From: Klebsormidium nitens
Lineage: Eukaryota > Plantae > Klebsormidiophyceae
Direction: 5' to 3'
NCBI GenBank assembly: GCA_000708835.1
Contig: DF237046.1
Coordinates: 8,079-72,078, forward strand
DNA: 64,000 bases
Below the pieces are notes generated by a model. That model saw only the letters and a list, made by a program, of their open reading frames with translations. It did not search any database and was not told where the DNA came from. Numbering within the stretch: the first letter of the stretch is position 1; the number at the start of each line of letters is the position of its first letter. The position numbers were made by a program, and so were the translations under genes. Positions 36,762 to 48,741 of the stretch are shown piece after piece.

Positions 36762-38412
36762 GTTAAGGGCGGGGTTTGAGGGATGTTAGCGATAGCATGG
36801 GTTGCATGTGTCTCCTGGCTCCTAAGGAGTTTGGTTTCTGTTTATTTCGTTCGTTTTTATTACGAGTAGTGCGACCACGTCAATAGCGTTTCTTGGAACA
36901 CCAGGCACCGTTATCAAGGGACGAGTTTATGGAGGTGAGTCGGCGGCAAGTTAGGCGAAGAGGGTAGCAGCCGTCGCAAGGAGCAGCCAGCTCGATTCGG
37001 AAGCGGATTGCGCCCCTTAAGGATGTTTGGTGGGGTTCAAGTAGTCAGGGTCGTACTTTGAAGAGGGTTTTGTGTAGTCTTGTAGTCGAACTCCCGAGTT
37101 AGGCGACTCGAAGTGGATTAGTTAGCAGCTTTTGCGCGAGAGCGAGCAGCTCGGCTAATGCGACGGATTGCGCCCCCGAGCTCATCAGCGCTTGTAGGCC
37201 TGCGGGCACGAGCGTGCAAATCGTTAGCGACATCTTTGCACGTTAGAACACGGTTCTGAGCCATTGACAATGCTTTTGACTGTCGTTCGGATCTCTAGCG
37301 CTGAAACTACAAGGATCTAGAGTTTGCTTTAGAAATCAGGATTGGGTTGAAGCAGGGTTCTACAGGCAGCCTGATGAGTGCGTGTCGGGCTGGCACCTTG
37401 AAAGTTTTGTTTAACCGTAATGTTTTCAAAGTCAGTCGAACAGCCTAGCAGCTGAGGTTCGGAGCGGGGTTCGGATTGCCTGGACATGATAATGCAAGTA
37501 GGCTGTGCTAAATCTGTCGTATAGATTGAATTGCATAGGTTTGATTCACTTTAAGACATTCATTACCTCTAATTAAGTATTTCGAAGTGTTGTTTCCCTG
37601 GTGTACCAATGTTCCGCTAAATGGCAAAACGATGTGGCTACTTCAAATCTTGTTCATCTTCATATGTAATTTAGATATGTCAACTTCTCCGTTGATTCTT
37701 ACTTGCAAGCTCTATATATTCAATCTTCGAAATCATACAATGCTTTGAGCTAAAGCTACCTAGTCAATCACACACAGTCGTATACATGATCATCCATACG
37801 AGATCCATACAAAGCATGGCGACAATGATTGCTAAGGCGGGCGCGTCGAAACCGTGTCACATGGCCGTCTTGTGATGATAAGATTTGTCTCGTAGCATGC
37901 CATGTCAGTATAAGTTCTATGTTAGGAGCTCTGAAATGATATTCCGGTTGTGGCTTTGATTACTGGGACGACAGTCTAGCACAGATCGAAAGGCCCAAAG
38001 CATACGAACTTCGAAGACTTTGTGACACTGGTGACTGGCGCCTTTGATACGCCCAGCTGGCTCTTGGAAGCCCCCCATGCAGAAATTAAAATCCTCTCGT
38101 AATATTGCGAGCGCTGAGGAACCGGCAGAGCTAAGTTGCCGTTTCTGTGACTGCCCCCGGCTCCGCAGGTTTTCGGGGAGATGAATTGACGGTACGTTGC
38201 CATGACGGTACGGATACGGCGTGTGATCACGTCGCTGGACCACAATTGAATTCTTCCGGGGGGTCACGCAACCATGATCTACAGTAGCTCGTGTTCATGT
38301 GACGCTGGCTGTGCTACTGCCATTGCTGGGTAGGCCTCGTGCATGATGCAAGAAGTTGAAGTTCTCTCAAAGGAGATTCTAAAACTTTTGAAGAGGCGTC
38401 GAGTTGGTGAGC

Positions 38413-41400
38413 ATGGCTGCGTCCTCCGCAGCTCTTCTCCAGCAGCTGGGCAGAGGTTTCCAGCCTCTCACCTTGGGGGGAAAACGATGCCGCTCCATCA
38501 CAAGATACCCAAGCAAGCCTGAGGCAGTCTTCTGCGTGCATCGAAGAGCGGCGAGTTGGTCTCAGCTGAGGAACAGGAAATACTTCGAAAGCAGAGAGCT
38601 GAGATCATGCAGAGTCGTGCTGGGTCCGTCACTCAGCATCTGTCGCCCAAACAAGGGTGGAACTTCGATTTGGCAACATGCTAATGGCGTCCTGCAAACC
38701 CAGAAGGCCAAAAAGTATTTGATTCAGGCTGTGAGCAATGGCGGTCCTGCGGGAAGTGAGTCAGCTGGCCCCAGCAAGAAAGAAAAAGAGGAGCGCTCAA
38801 TTGTGCTGTACGGCAAGATTGAGAAGGTCTTTGAGGAGACTGCGAGGCGGTCACAGGGGACCGACGGGTCGGCAGGGGACTGGGAGGAGGTGGAGGTGAG
38901 TCGCTCCTTGTCATTGGTTTGTCGGGCACAGAAATTTTGCAATCAATCGCAGAAATTTTGCAATCAATCGCAGAAAGCTTCAAGAGCTGCAATTGGCTTA
39001 AACTTTGCTTGTGAGACGACCCCCGAAGTCTGTGCAGGAGTAAAGTGCACGCGGCAGGGTACTGTTCAAGTTCTTCCCGTGCTAGCATGAGTTCCCGCTG
39101 TCACGCAACTAGCACCGGTTGCCAGAAAGAGACATCCCACACAAGCAATAGACAGACAGCTCGACTGTTTGTTCTTCCATCTGCAGAAGTCGTGGGTGCT
39201 CCGGCCTTCTAAACAAGGCCCTCCAAAAGCGGTCGTTCATTTCATTGGAGGGGCGTTTGTAGGTGCTTCCCCGCAACTCTCATACCGGTTGTTCCTGGAA
39301 GAGCTTGCCAGCAGGTAAGAGGGGCCGCTTCATTGTGCTGAAGTTTTCCTTTCTAAGTTTTGTTGAGTTAAGTGGTTCAAGAGAGACTCCCTATCTGGTG
39401 GCACTGACATGCACATGCGTTCTTGCTGGGACTTTCATGTCCATCTATATTGTTAGAGTTGCAAAAGTGGCACTTTGGGGGTCCTGACAACAAGCTGCAG
39501 TTCTGATAACTCATGGTAGGTCGAGGAGGGGTTCCACACCTGTAGATGATCGATTGCTGTTGTCGATCACTGCGTTTGAGTTCTTCAAGTACTGCAGCTC
39601 CTGCAACCTTGAATCAGGAGCATCTGACGAACTATCCTAGTTCTGAATGTATTTCCACCAAAGATTAACCTTTAGAACCTTCTCTTCAGGGGCTTCCTCA
39701 TCATTGCAACCCCTTACGGGAGTGGGTTCGACCACTTCCGCGTCTCCGACGAGGCCCAGTTCAAGTTTGACCGGTGCCTGCGAAAGCTCAAGGACGGCTC
39801 TGCAGACCTGGATTCCGTGCCAGTGTATGGAGTGGGACACAGCCTGGGGGCCCTTGCACACCTGCTGATAGGGGCGCGCTATGCTGTGGAGCGGCAAGGG
39901 AACGTGCTCATCTCGTTTAACAACAAGGTGCACCTTCATGCGCTGGACGTTCATGAGCCTACTACTGGATATTTTGGTGGGAAACAATTCATCCAGAGTG
40001 TCGATATCTGATCCTGAAGGGTGAGATGTTGATACTCTATCCAAGGGTTCTTCAATGGTATTTGGAGTGCTCTGCAGGCGCTTGTGGTGAAACAGTGTAC
40101 AAGGGAACGGCGATCGGATCTTGTGAAGAGGGACGTCTTGTTACTTACGGCACAGCCTGTTCTGAGCCCAGATGATTTTATTGCCTGGTCAGCCTTCCCT
40201 GGCTTGAAGTGACAAATTGTTCGTTGATTGCAGGCCGCAAGCAGTGCCATTCCCTCCTTCAGCCCCGTCATTGCCCCCCTGGCCAAGCAGTGGGGCCCCC
40301 TCATTCAGCAGCTGTCGTCGAATCCAGCCTTCAAGTTCGGGGTGAGAGGTCGTGCTCACACGCCTGCTAGCAAACATTTATTCTCCGAGTTTCCATCCGT
40401 TGTCCTGCTTGAGACTCGTCACTCATCAAGAATGACTCAGTAGCGTGGCTATGATGACCTGGTGGTGCTCAACCTTGCTCGAGGGTCATAAAAGATGCGC
40501 TAAAGGGTGCAAGGGTAGATTTTCCACTTTCACGCATTGGGAGCTCAGTAGGACTCACAAATGCCACAATTGAAAGGCAATTCTGCAGCATACCCTGTTC
40601 ATTGTGGGCCTCGTTGTTATTATCATAAGTCGGGAGTGGTTTCGGCAGAAGGTTGGAATGGCCGAAAGTCCAAAACGGAGTGCTATTCAGACAGAAACCA
40701 ACGAGATGGAAGAGGGTCAGTCTAAACGCACAGCTCTCGGGTCGCAATGCTCATTAGAAACTCGTTGGCGTCCTTTCCTTTTCAATCGTTACGGAGTCTG
40801 TCTTCCCGTGCGCTCAGCCCTTTTCTTCTTGGCCCAAACATTGGCCACTATTTGGCACCTTCACAGCCACGTCATCCATAGCCACGTCATTCATTGTTCG
40901 TGACGTCTCGTCTTGCAGGCCGACCGCGCCGTCGAGCAGATACGCGCTTCGAGCCCTGCGCTTCTTCGACAAATTCTTCCGTTGCTCGAGCAACTTCCCC
41001 CCCTCGCGGCAGAGCTTGCCGACGGGAAAGACGAGTTTACACCAGCCCCCGAGGAGACTAGAAAGCTGCTCCGTGCTTATTATGGTGTCGGGCGCAATCT
41101 ATTGGTACAATTTGAGCGGGATTCGATAGACGAGACGCCGGAGTTGGCGGCGACCCTGGGGGACGGGGCGGCGTGCACGCCGTTTTTGGACATGCAAGTC
41201 CGGACGCTGCCGGGGGACCACGCGCGGCCGCTGCAACAGGTGGGGTCATTGAAGATTTGACGGGCGCTCTCAAATGTTAAAACCCTAAGAAAGGCTCCTG
41301 GTGGACATTACTGATGGGCGCCATCGCTTTGAACAATTGGTGGCTATTTTCTGCGGTTTGGGTGCTTGGTTGCCGATATCGCACTGAAGACGTTTTCTCC

Positions 41401-41945
41401 TGTTTGAACGGCTGCTTTCAGCTTCCTCGAAGGTTGGATTCGGTGTAAACGGCAGGGCCGCGTCTGAAGCCGGTTTGTCTTTCATTCACAGAGTTGTCTT
41501 GCAGGATTGAGTTCGTCGGGCTTGCATCGTTGAGAACATCTTTCGGTCGCTGAGTTGCCTTCAACCCCATGGTTCGAAAGGATTGCTTCTACAGCATCAT
41601 GATTATCGCCGTTGCGGGCAGATTGTGGTCCAACGAACGTCCGTACCAGACGGTTCTGTTCCTCACTCGCAGTTGGTTCCTGAGCTCCCCCCTGAATTGA
41701 CGGAAGCTGCTGCCCGGGGGAGCGACCTCCTGACCAACCTAGCGGGCATGGCCGGGCCGTCGTCGCCTTTCTCCGACCTAGCGAAAGGATTCGGGGCGGC
41801 TTTGAAAAACGGGGTCCAGTCGGGGCAGCTTCGGGATACGACGCGCGAAGACATACGAATGCTTGTAGATGAGATTGCCACGTGGATGGGCGCAGACGCA
41901 CAATTTCGAAGAGGAACTTACCTGCCGGGCAGTACAGCCATGTAA
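38413..41945 (+). CDS. DUF1350 family alpha/beta hydrolase-fold protein with putative plastid transit peptide
   Basis: Ser/Arg-rich N-terminus, then WEEVE|..WVLRP, VVHFIGGAFVGASPQLSYRLFLEELA, IIATPY, FDRC, nucleophile elbow GVGHSLG, NVLISFNNK, EFTPAPEET, YGVGRNLLVQFERDSIDET and LPGDHARPLQQ. Stop TAA at 41943-41945. Confidence 0.88.
38929..38976 (+). repeat. 21-bp tandem repeat x2.3 in DUF1350 intron 1
   Basis: cagaaattttgcaatcaatcg at 38929-38949 and 38950-38970, then cagaaa. Confidence 0.9.
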
Positions 41946-43175
41946 CTGCCGCTTGATTACATAAGGAGACGGCGGCCTTATTCAGCGCGTTCCTCCCCAA
42001 TCCCCCGCCTGGCATTGCGCCGCGTTTCAGGGCTTGCGAGCGAAGTTTTGCCGGCGGATTGTATCTGTATGGCCGCAGCAAGATTTCGAAGAGTTTTGAT
42101 GGCACTGAGACGTCCCAGGTACAATATGCTGGGACTCTTGGATTGCACGACTCAACTGACTCAGGCGCCTTTATCTTCGATCAGATGTAGCATGGCTTAC
42201 CTTCTGCGTCCTCTCCGTTCGATCAGACAGTAAATATCATGTGTAAGACGTAATGTTATCATGTTGCAGCCTAATACATGTGGCCGGTCGAATCACGCCG
42301 CGATGATCCGATGCCCGGCTGTACCGCGGTAGCTGTAAAGACCGCGTATATACAATGTACGTGTTGCCGAAGGCCGGGCGGCCTGCGCAATGCGATTCAT
42401 GAGCACTAGGCTTATGCACTGAAGAAAGTTTTATACTCGCGATCGAGCACTTCAATAGGCACGATATGCAATCAGAGCCCACATAAGTGCGTTTGCCTAC
42501 CAAACTGTGATACGCGTGCCTATTTGTGCCCGCGCGTGTTCTGCATAGTGTTATCCAAACCATGATGGCATAGTCCGCAATTCTTTGGTGACACTCAAAA
42601 GGTGGACTCAATGCATGATGGTCAGCTTTTGATTGGTCAAGGCTTGACATTACTTAGCAAGGTCTTCAAAATGGTTGTGGAAGCATTTGTAAGCTCAACG
42701 TTCAAGCGGCTGAGAATTCCTTTCGTTCCGAATCGATTCTGGCAAAATCCGACAGTGACGTCTTCGTGTGGACCTTGGACAATCATGTTGCGTTCCAGAA
42801 TCATGCAGCAAAGCTGCGTTTTGTGTTTGCCGGCTCAATCTCTGGAAGCTTCTGGGGCAACTTTGTCTGCCTAATGTGCCAAATACTCATTGTTCACGGT
42901 CAGCATTTGCTCAGATGTTACTCAAGGTCTTTGCTCGAGGAATGGTGGATGGTTTCTCAAGTTTCAGTTCTTCGCAGCCGCGCAAATTAACTCTAAGGAC
43001 ATGCCTTATTCAGTTCGAACTTGCTTTACGAATCTCAGAGACTCTAACATTGACTATTCTAGGACCTTGATCATCTGCTGATGAAATCAAGGCACCTCAA
43101 AGCTGTTTTCATTTCTCTGCTTTACCTAGCTCTTACAACGCCGAGCCTTCAAAGGCATAACTGTGTTGCGGCCGT

Positions 43176-46100
43176 CTAGTGTACACTCGGGGGACGCAGA
43201 AACACGTTATAGAACACCCTCTTCCAGAGATACAGCGGGAACGTGAAAAACAGCACGCCAATCGCAATGAAGCAGCTGTTGACGTAAACATAACGGTTAT
43301 GCAGACTATGGATGGTTAGCACTTGCAGTGGATAACCCAAAAAGGTGCCGAGCGCGCCCATGATTCGCTTGAGCCCGTACAGCTGGCCGAAGTTCTTGAA
43401 GCCGAAGACGCGGCCAAGGAAAGCCGTGATGCTGCCGAAGAGGAAAGGTCGGAGCGCAGCGAACAGGACGAAGGAGGCGACCTGTCCAAAGAGGAGACAG
43501 ACAGGGGCGACATCATGAGGAGCTCGGCGGATTGGTAGCCAAACAGAGGGTTGTTGAGAGGCGATCTAAACGTTGGCGTTATGCTGATGTCTTCACAAAG
43601 CTTCTAAGCATCCTTCTTAAAGTGGACGCACTTGGAATAGGAACAACTGCTTTTCCAAACCCACACTGATCCGAAGACCCGAAATGGATGATACTAATAG
43701 GACCCCAAGACTTTAGTAAGTCTGGCCCTGAGTTGAGTTGATTCCTGTTGACAAGTTCGCACCAGGATGGCTCCTGAGAGGGCTCGAGAGGCAATCGCCC
43801 ACTCACAGCCGAATGGAACGGCTGAAACCAAGCGAGGACGACAGCGCAGGGTCCGACGGTGACCAAGAGATCCAGCACCACGAAAAGCTTGTGCAACCAA
43901 ACGGCCAAGTCCCGCCAAACGAGACGAGTCCGTAGCCACATCCCCATTGGGACTGGTGGCTTCGCCGGGAAGCCTTACATGCTTAAACGAAGCACATTAA
44001 AACCAGAGAAAGGTTCAAAGAACGACGCAAAGAGAATTAGTATTTTGGGTCAGGCAGGAGAGGAAACAAGCGGTTCAAAATTCTTCATTTCGCACTTGAT
44101 CGCGGCTTTGCCCCAGCTGGATAAAGCAGCGGGAACAGGCGGCAATCTTTCCGTTCCTGGCGCATTTGTGGTCAGTCTCACTATTCCTTACTTGTAGCTG
44201 GATTGGCGGCTGGTCGTACGCATTGACGATGCAGAAGAGCAGGTGCAGCACCGCGAGGATGAAGTAGCTCGCCACGAAGCCCAGCTCCGACAGGCAGAAG
44301 CCCACGACGGGGATCATCAGAAGGGCGCCGACCGGGAGAAAGTAGTTGAAGAAGTTGGTGTAGTACCGGGCGACGTTCCTGGAAGGAAAGAAAGGGTTTA
44401 AGACAGTTTCCAACATTTCGAGCCGTTCGAAGACCGTGTCCTGTTCACTGAAAAAGGACGACGAGCAGAACGAGTTCCCAGACTCTTGCTCCACCGCGAT
44501 AAAACCAGAGGGGCGCGCTTTGCAGCCAGCTACACGAGCTGCATTGTGAATGTGCGCTTCGATGGATCCGCTTACGCAGGGTCACCATCCTCACTTCGTG
44601 AAGAGGACTGCGTCATCAAAGCACGAGATGCAAGTGAAGCATCCAACCCTGAAGAACATCCATCTTCGGTGACAGGCGGTGCCACCCCGTGCCATCTGCA
44701 TGCACCGGGCGCCCGGCTTTTCGTCCTGGTAAAATTCCGTTCCAATTGCGTTCTGCTTCGCCCATTTGACCGGCAAGCGATTCCCAAGCGGGTCGAAGGG
44801 CCTTCTTGGAGGTTGAGAGATTTGGTTTTGTGCTCAGCCGATTGCCTGAAGTGTGCATCTCAGGCATTTCCAGCGCGAATATATCCCGGACCCGCTTACC
44901 TGGCCTGCAGCACATCCCCCGGGTACTGTTGCTGCGCGGTCCAGAGCAGCTGCTCGTAGATAGTCTGGAAGTAGTAGTTCACCCGGAGCACCACATACGC
45001 GGTCATGATCGCCATGCTCCAATACACAGCCGAATTGACCTGCCTGGAGAACGCGGTGTTGTAGATGTCGGGTGGGGGCTCCTCCGCCCGGAAAGACATC
45101 CCCCGGAACAATCTCCGTGCAATACTTTCTCGCTTTGCCCCGGGTTCTCGCAAAGGCAGTTCTGGGGGAGTGTCTGAAGGACTTGCAAGCAGGGGGGCGG
45201 TCAGGGCGTTGTGTTCGATGGAAGCAGAAGGACGGCTAAGGTGCGGGTTATAGGGCACGGAGGTTTCGGACGCTTCGACGTCAACGGAATCCTTGCGCTG
45301 ACTGGCGATGTAGCTCCAGTAGTGGTGAAGTTCCCCTGAAAAGAGAACCAGGGCGTTTCTAGAGGTCACACGGGCTAGGATTCAATCAAAGTCCGCTCGA
45401 AAGGCTGATGAAACCGGAAACATAACGAGAAGCCAAGTAAGTGCCGTAGATGCGAACGTGCCAAAGGTAAAGACTCGGGTGCAAGGGGCTAGCTTGAAGC
45501 GAATCTGCTTCGGCGCTTCTTCTCCTGACTGAAAACATGAGCGGGGAAAGTCGGGCGAGTACAATCACTACCCAAAATTTACACGAAGGTCCTGACAAAC
45601 ACGGCTGCAATCAGGACTGCAGATGACCACCTGGTTGTTCTTTTCAGCTCTGAAGAACCTGCCTGACATTCCTCCAGTGGGTCATCGCTGAAGTCTCTTC
45701 TCGAGTTATCTTAGGGTGGGACCGATGCATCGCAGCTCTTCAGCGCATTTGGCGCTCGCTCTTCAAAGTGACGGACACTCGAAGCTTTTGCTTCCTGTTT
45801 AAGCACCGAACGGTCGTACCTTTGAATCGGGTTTGTTCCGTCTCGTTCTTCCGGATTGGCTCAAATGGCCTATCCGGAAATAGGAGCACGCTGGATATGA
45901 ATATGACGACGGGCAGGGCTGTATAACCGATGAAGACGGACTTGAGGGAGACGTCGAAATGGTGGATGATCGCACCGAAGATGCAGAAGACAACCGTCGA
46001 TGAGTTGAAGCCTGCAGCAAGAGGTCGAGTGAGCTGGATTGCGGAAAGTTTGTCGTAGGAGACAACAATTGCCAGGACATTGCACTGGCATCTCCAACAG

Positions 46101-47875
46101 TGGCTGGCGCCGCTGACATGTTTGACACTGTCAAAAGACGCCCACCAGAGCACCGCTTCTTCTCGTTTCTTTCTTGAAGTGAGTCGAGAGGCTTCCAATC
46201 CAGACGGAGTCAACGGTAAAGACGTTTGTGTCAGAGGAGCCACGAAGAACCTCCAAACCAGGTTGCTGATACTGGTCGCAAAGAAACGTCAAACGCAACG
46301 GGACTCTTGAAGTGATTGTCCCTCACCAGTGGAGAGTGCGCCTATGATGCCCGCTGACTGGTCGGGGAACAGCTCCCCAAAGTTGAAGGTACTGTTGGCG
46401 ATACAAGACCCCCCGGCGGACATGAGGAAGAACCCGACGTAATAGAGCGTGCTCGACAGTTCCTGGGCAAATGCAACTGAGAGGAGACCCCCTGCTAGCA
46501 GGAGTGAGCCCAAGCACACGGTTATGCGCGGGCCCATGTAATCAAGGAAGACGCCTGTGGGGGAGAAGCGGGACCGGCTTGAGGTAAAGAAATCGCAGGG
46601 AACCAAATCGACCCAACAGAAGAAAGAGAAAAGGAAGGTCCTCACAATCTTGGAGGGAGGGCTTGCAGGAGTTCGTTCGGAACCACGGGCAATCGTGTCT
46701 AGTATTGTGCGCCTGACAGGAATTGTGTTGATTATGGGTCCTGACTTGTGCGGCAAACGTCTGCACATCTTGTCCCCATCCTTGTCTGAGCTTTCTTTTG
46801 GAGATAGTGTGACAGTCAATCACGATTTTGGGATGTCGGATGGCCAGGGATAGTCAGGGCTTGACAAAGGATAGAATCTGCTTGACTGGTCCTCTTCAGT
46901 GATGGGGCTCTTCCATCATTCGAGTGATGTAGAGATTCTGTATATCAAATAACCCCGGAACTTCTGAGTACCTCAAAAGCACTCACCAATAAAAAAGGCG
47001 CAGCCGGAGAGGGTGGTGGCGCCGATGGTAAACATCCTGGAGAGGCGCTCCTGCTGAGCAGGGCACGGCGTGGGGCCATCCTTGCAGTACTCGCCAAACG
47101 CCTTGACCTCAAAAAGGAACACATCGTACAGGCCCGAGTAACCAAACACGATGCCTGCAATTAAGGGAGCCCAGGAGTTGCGGTGGGACTGTGTCCAAAA
47201 GGTATTAATACGTGGATTGCAAACCTATTGGTAACAGGATGAACATCAGTGGGGTTTTAGAGTTGACGCTGTCAAGGTATGGTGGTGCTTAGGCAGCCCA
47301 TTCCTGCGCAGTTCAGGTTCCAGAGGATCAATGCACGCGTCCCACTTGTGGCCACCATCGACTAAATCCGCAAGGCACTTGTATTGTCAAAATTTGGAAG
47401 AAGAGTTTTGGAAAATCCTATGTTGCCAGCTGTCAAGGTTCCAGTAGTCCTATGGATACGGGATATTGGAACAGATGACAGCTGTATCTGAAAGGTTAGA
47501 CGTTGACAAGTTTCGGAAGATGAGCAGTAAACGATTCATCAGAAGTATGTGGAAGATGGTGTATGAGCAACAGTAGTGAGCAAGCAGGAGACCACTTGCA
47601 ATGGAGCCACTTCACTTCACACAGCTACTTCTTGAGAAAGTGCACAATGGTGGCGCCAGCTGAGTGGCACCGCGCGCGTCTGAGCTTCTTGAAGAAGTTG
47701 AGATACAGTCAAGAGAGACTGATGCCAACATATCTTAGAAAGCTGTAGGAAGCAGAACTTAAACCTTCCTACCCGTGGATGTTATCGAGTAGATCTGGGC
47801 AAGCGTGACCAGGAGAAGCCTCCGGGAGAAGCTCTCTCCCCCGGGGGCTCTATAACACCTTTGCAGAACACCCAT
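43176..47875 (-). CDS. Major facilitator superfamily transporter, SLC43/LAT3-FMP42-like
   Basis: Exon 1 (47875-47773) joins exon 47154-46987 to give STG|IVFGYSGLYDVFLFE...CPAQQERLSRMFTIG. Later segments: GVFLDYMGPRITVCLG, FGELFP, GFNSSTVVF, YFQTIYEQL, FFNYFLPVG, and RPFLFGSITAFLGRVFGFKNFGQLYG. Stop TAG at 43178-43176. Confidence 0.85.
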
Positions 47876-48741
47876 GCTCCTGCCTGAGGATGTCGCTTGC
47901 GATAACGTTCACCACAGAAGGGGTTTATTCTGATCTTGCGCCTAACGATCACCACAGATTCACTACTGCTGTGGGCTTTCTCGTTTGCATTGCCGGCAGT
48001 TCACTGGCTCAAGAGGCAACCATCTCTTCATGGCTTGCATGCAACGGTGTCTCTGGGACGCAACCTATAATGCGGTGGTGGCTTCAATGCCAGTGCTATG
48101 TCACGAGTTGAGAAGTTCTCAGAGCAATGGCCAGCGCAGTGTCACAGCGCCGATCAATCGTTGATACGTCGCCAACATTGCTGAGTACATTACGTGCCTT
48201 CTAGTGCCTGCATCGACCAGTTGCTGTTTCTGGTCGGGTATATAACGCTCTGTGCCGCTCCAAGTTCTAACAAGGCGCTCTCTCTGGTACCTCAGCCGCC
48301 TGCGTGATGAATTCTACGTTGCTTTCCTAACAGTATAAGGCAGCTGACCAGTATTACTATACTAGGTATATAGATAGAATATATCTAATCGCATTGCAGG
48401 CTCCTCTCCCGGGCGGCCGTTTAGTATACAGACTGCTCATGATTGCATGTGACGTAGGCACATTCTCCATTATGTGCCCCGTACCGGCCGTATCATATGC
48501 AATCCGAAACTAGCGCACGCGACTGCGTAAGCATACGTCACGGTCCGGTCCGACCGTACTTCGGCGCGGCCGCCCGGGCCGACGGACCCCAAGTTGGGTA
48601 GGGCGTCAGGGTTTAACTTTAAGCAGGGTTTAGAAAGGGGTTTCAATGCTTGCGGGCAGCGGCTTGGTACGCGCTTGCGCACCATATTGCCATAAGCCAC
48701 TGATCGATTGCAGCTTGCTGCCCGTTCACAAGAGCGCAGCT

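Noticed and set aside
37872-37934. GTGATGA...CTGA pair resembling a C/D snoRNA
   Set aside because: There is no terminal stem and no recognisable rRNA-complementary guide; such pairs are expected by chance.
39720-39740. GGGTTCGACC resembling a tRNA T-loop
   Set aside because: It lies within the DUF1350 coding exon (SGFDH) and no cloverleaf can be folded.
43323-43538. Acidic plus-strand ORF (EAEDAAKESRDAAEEE...)
   Set aside because: It is antisense to the hydrophobic last MFS exon.
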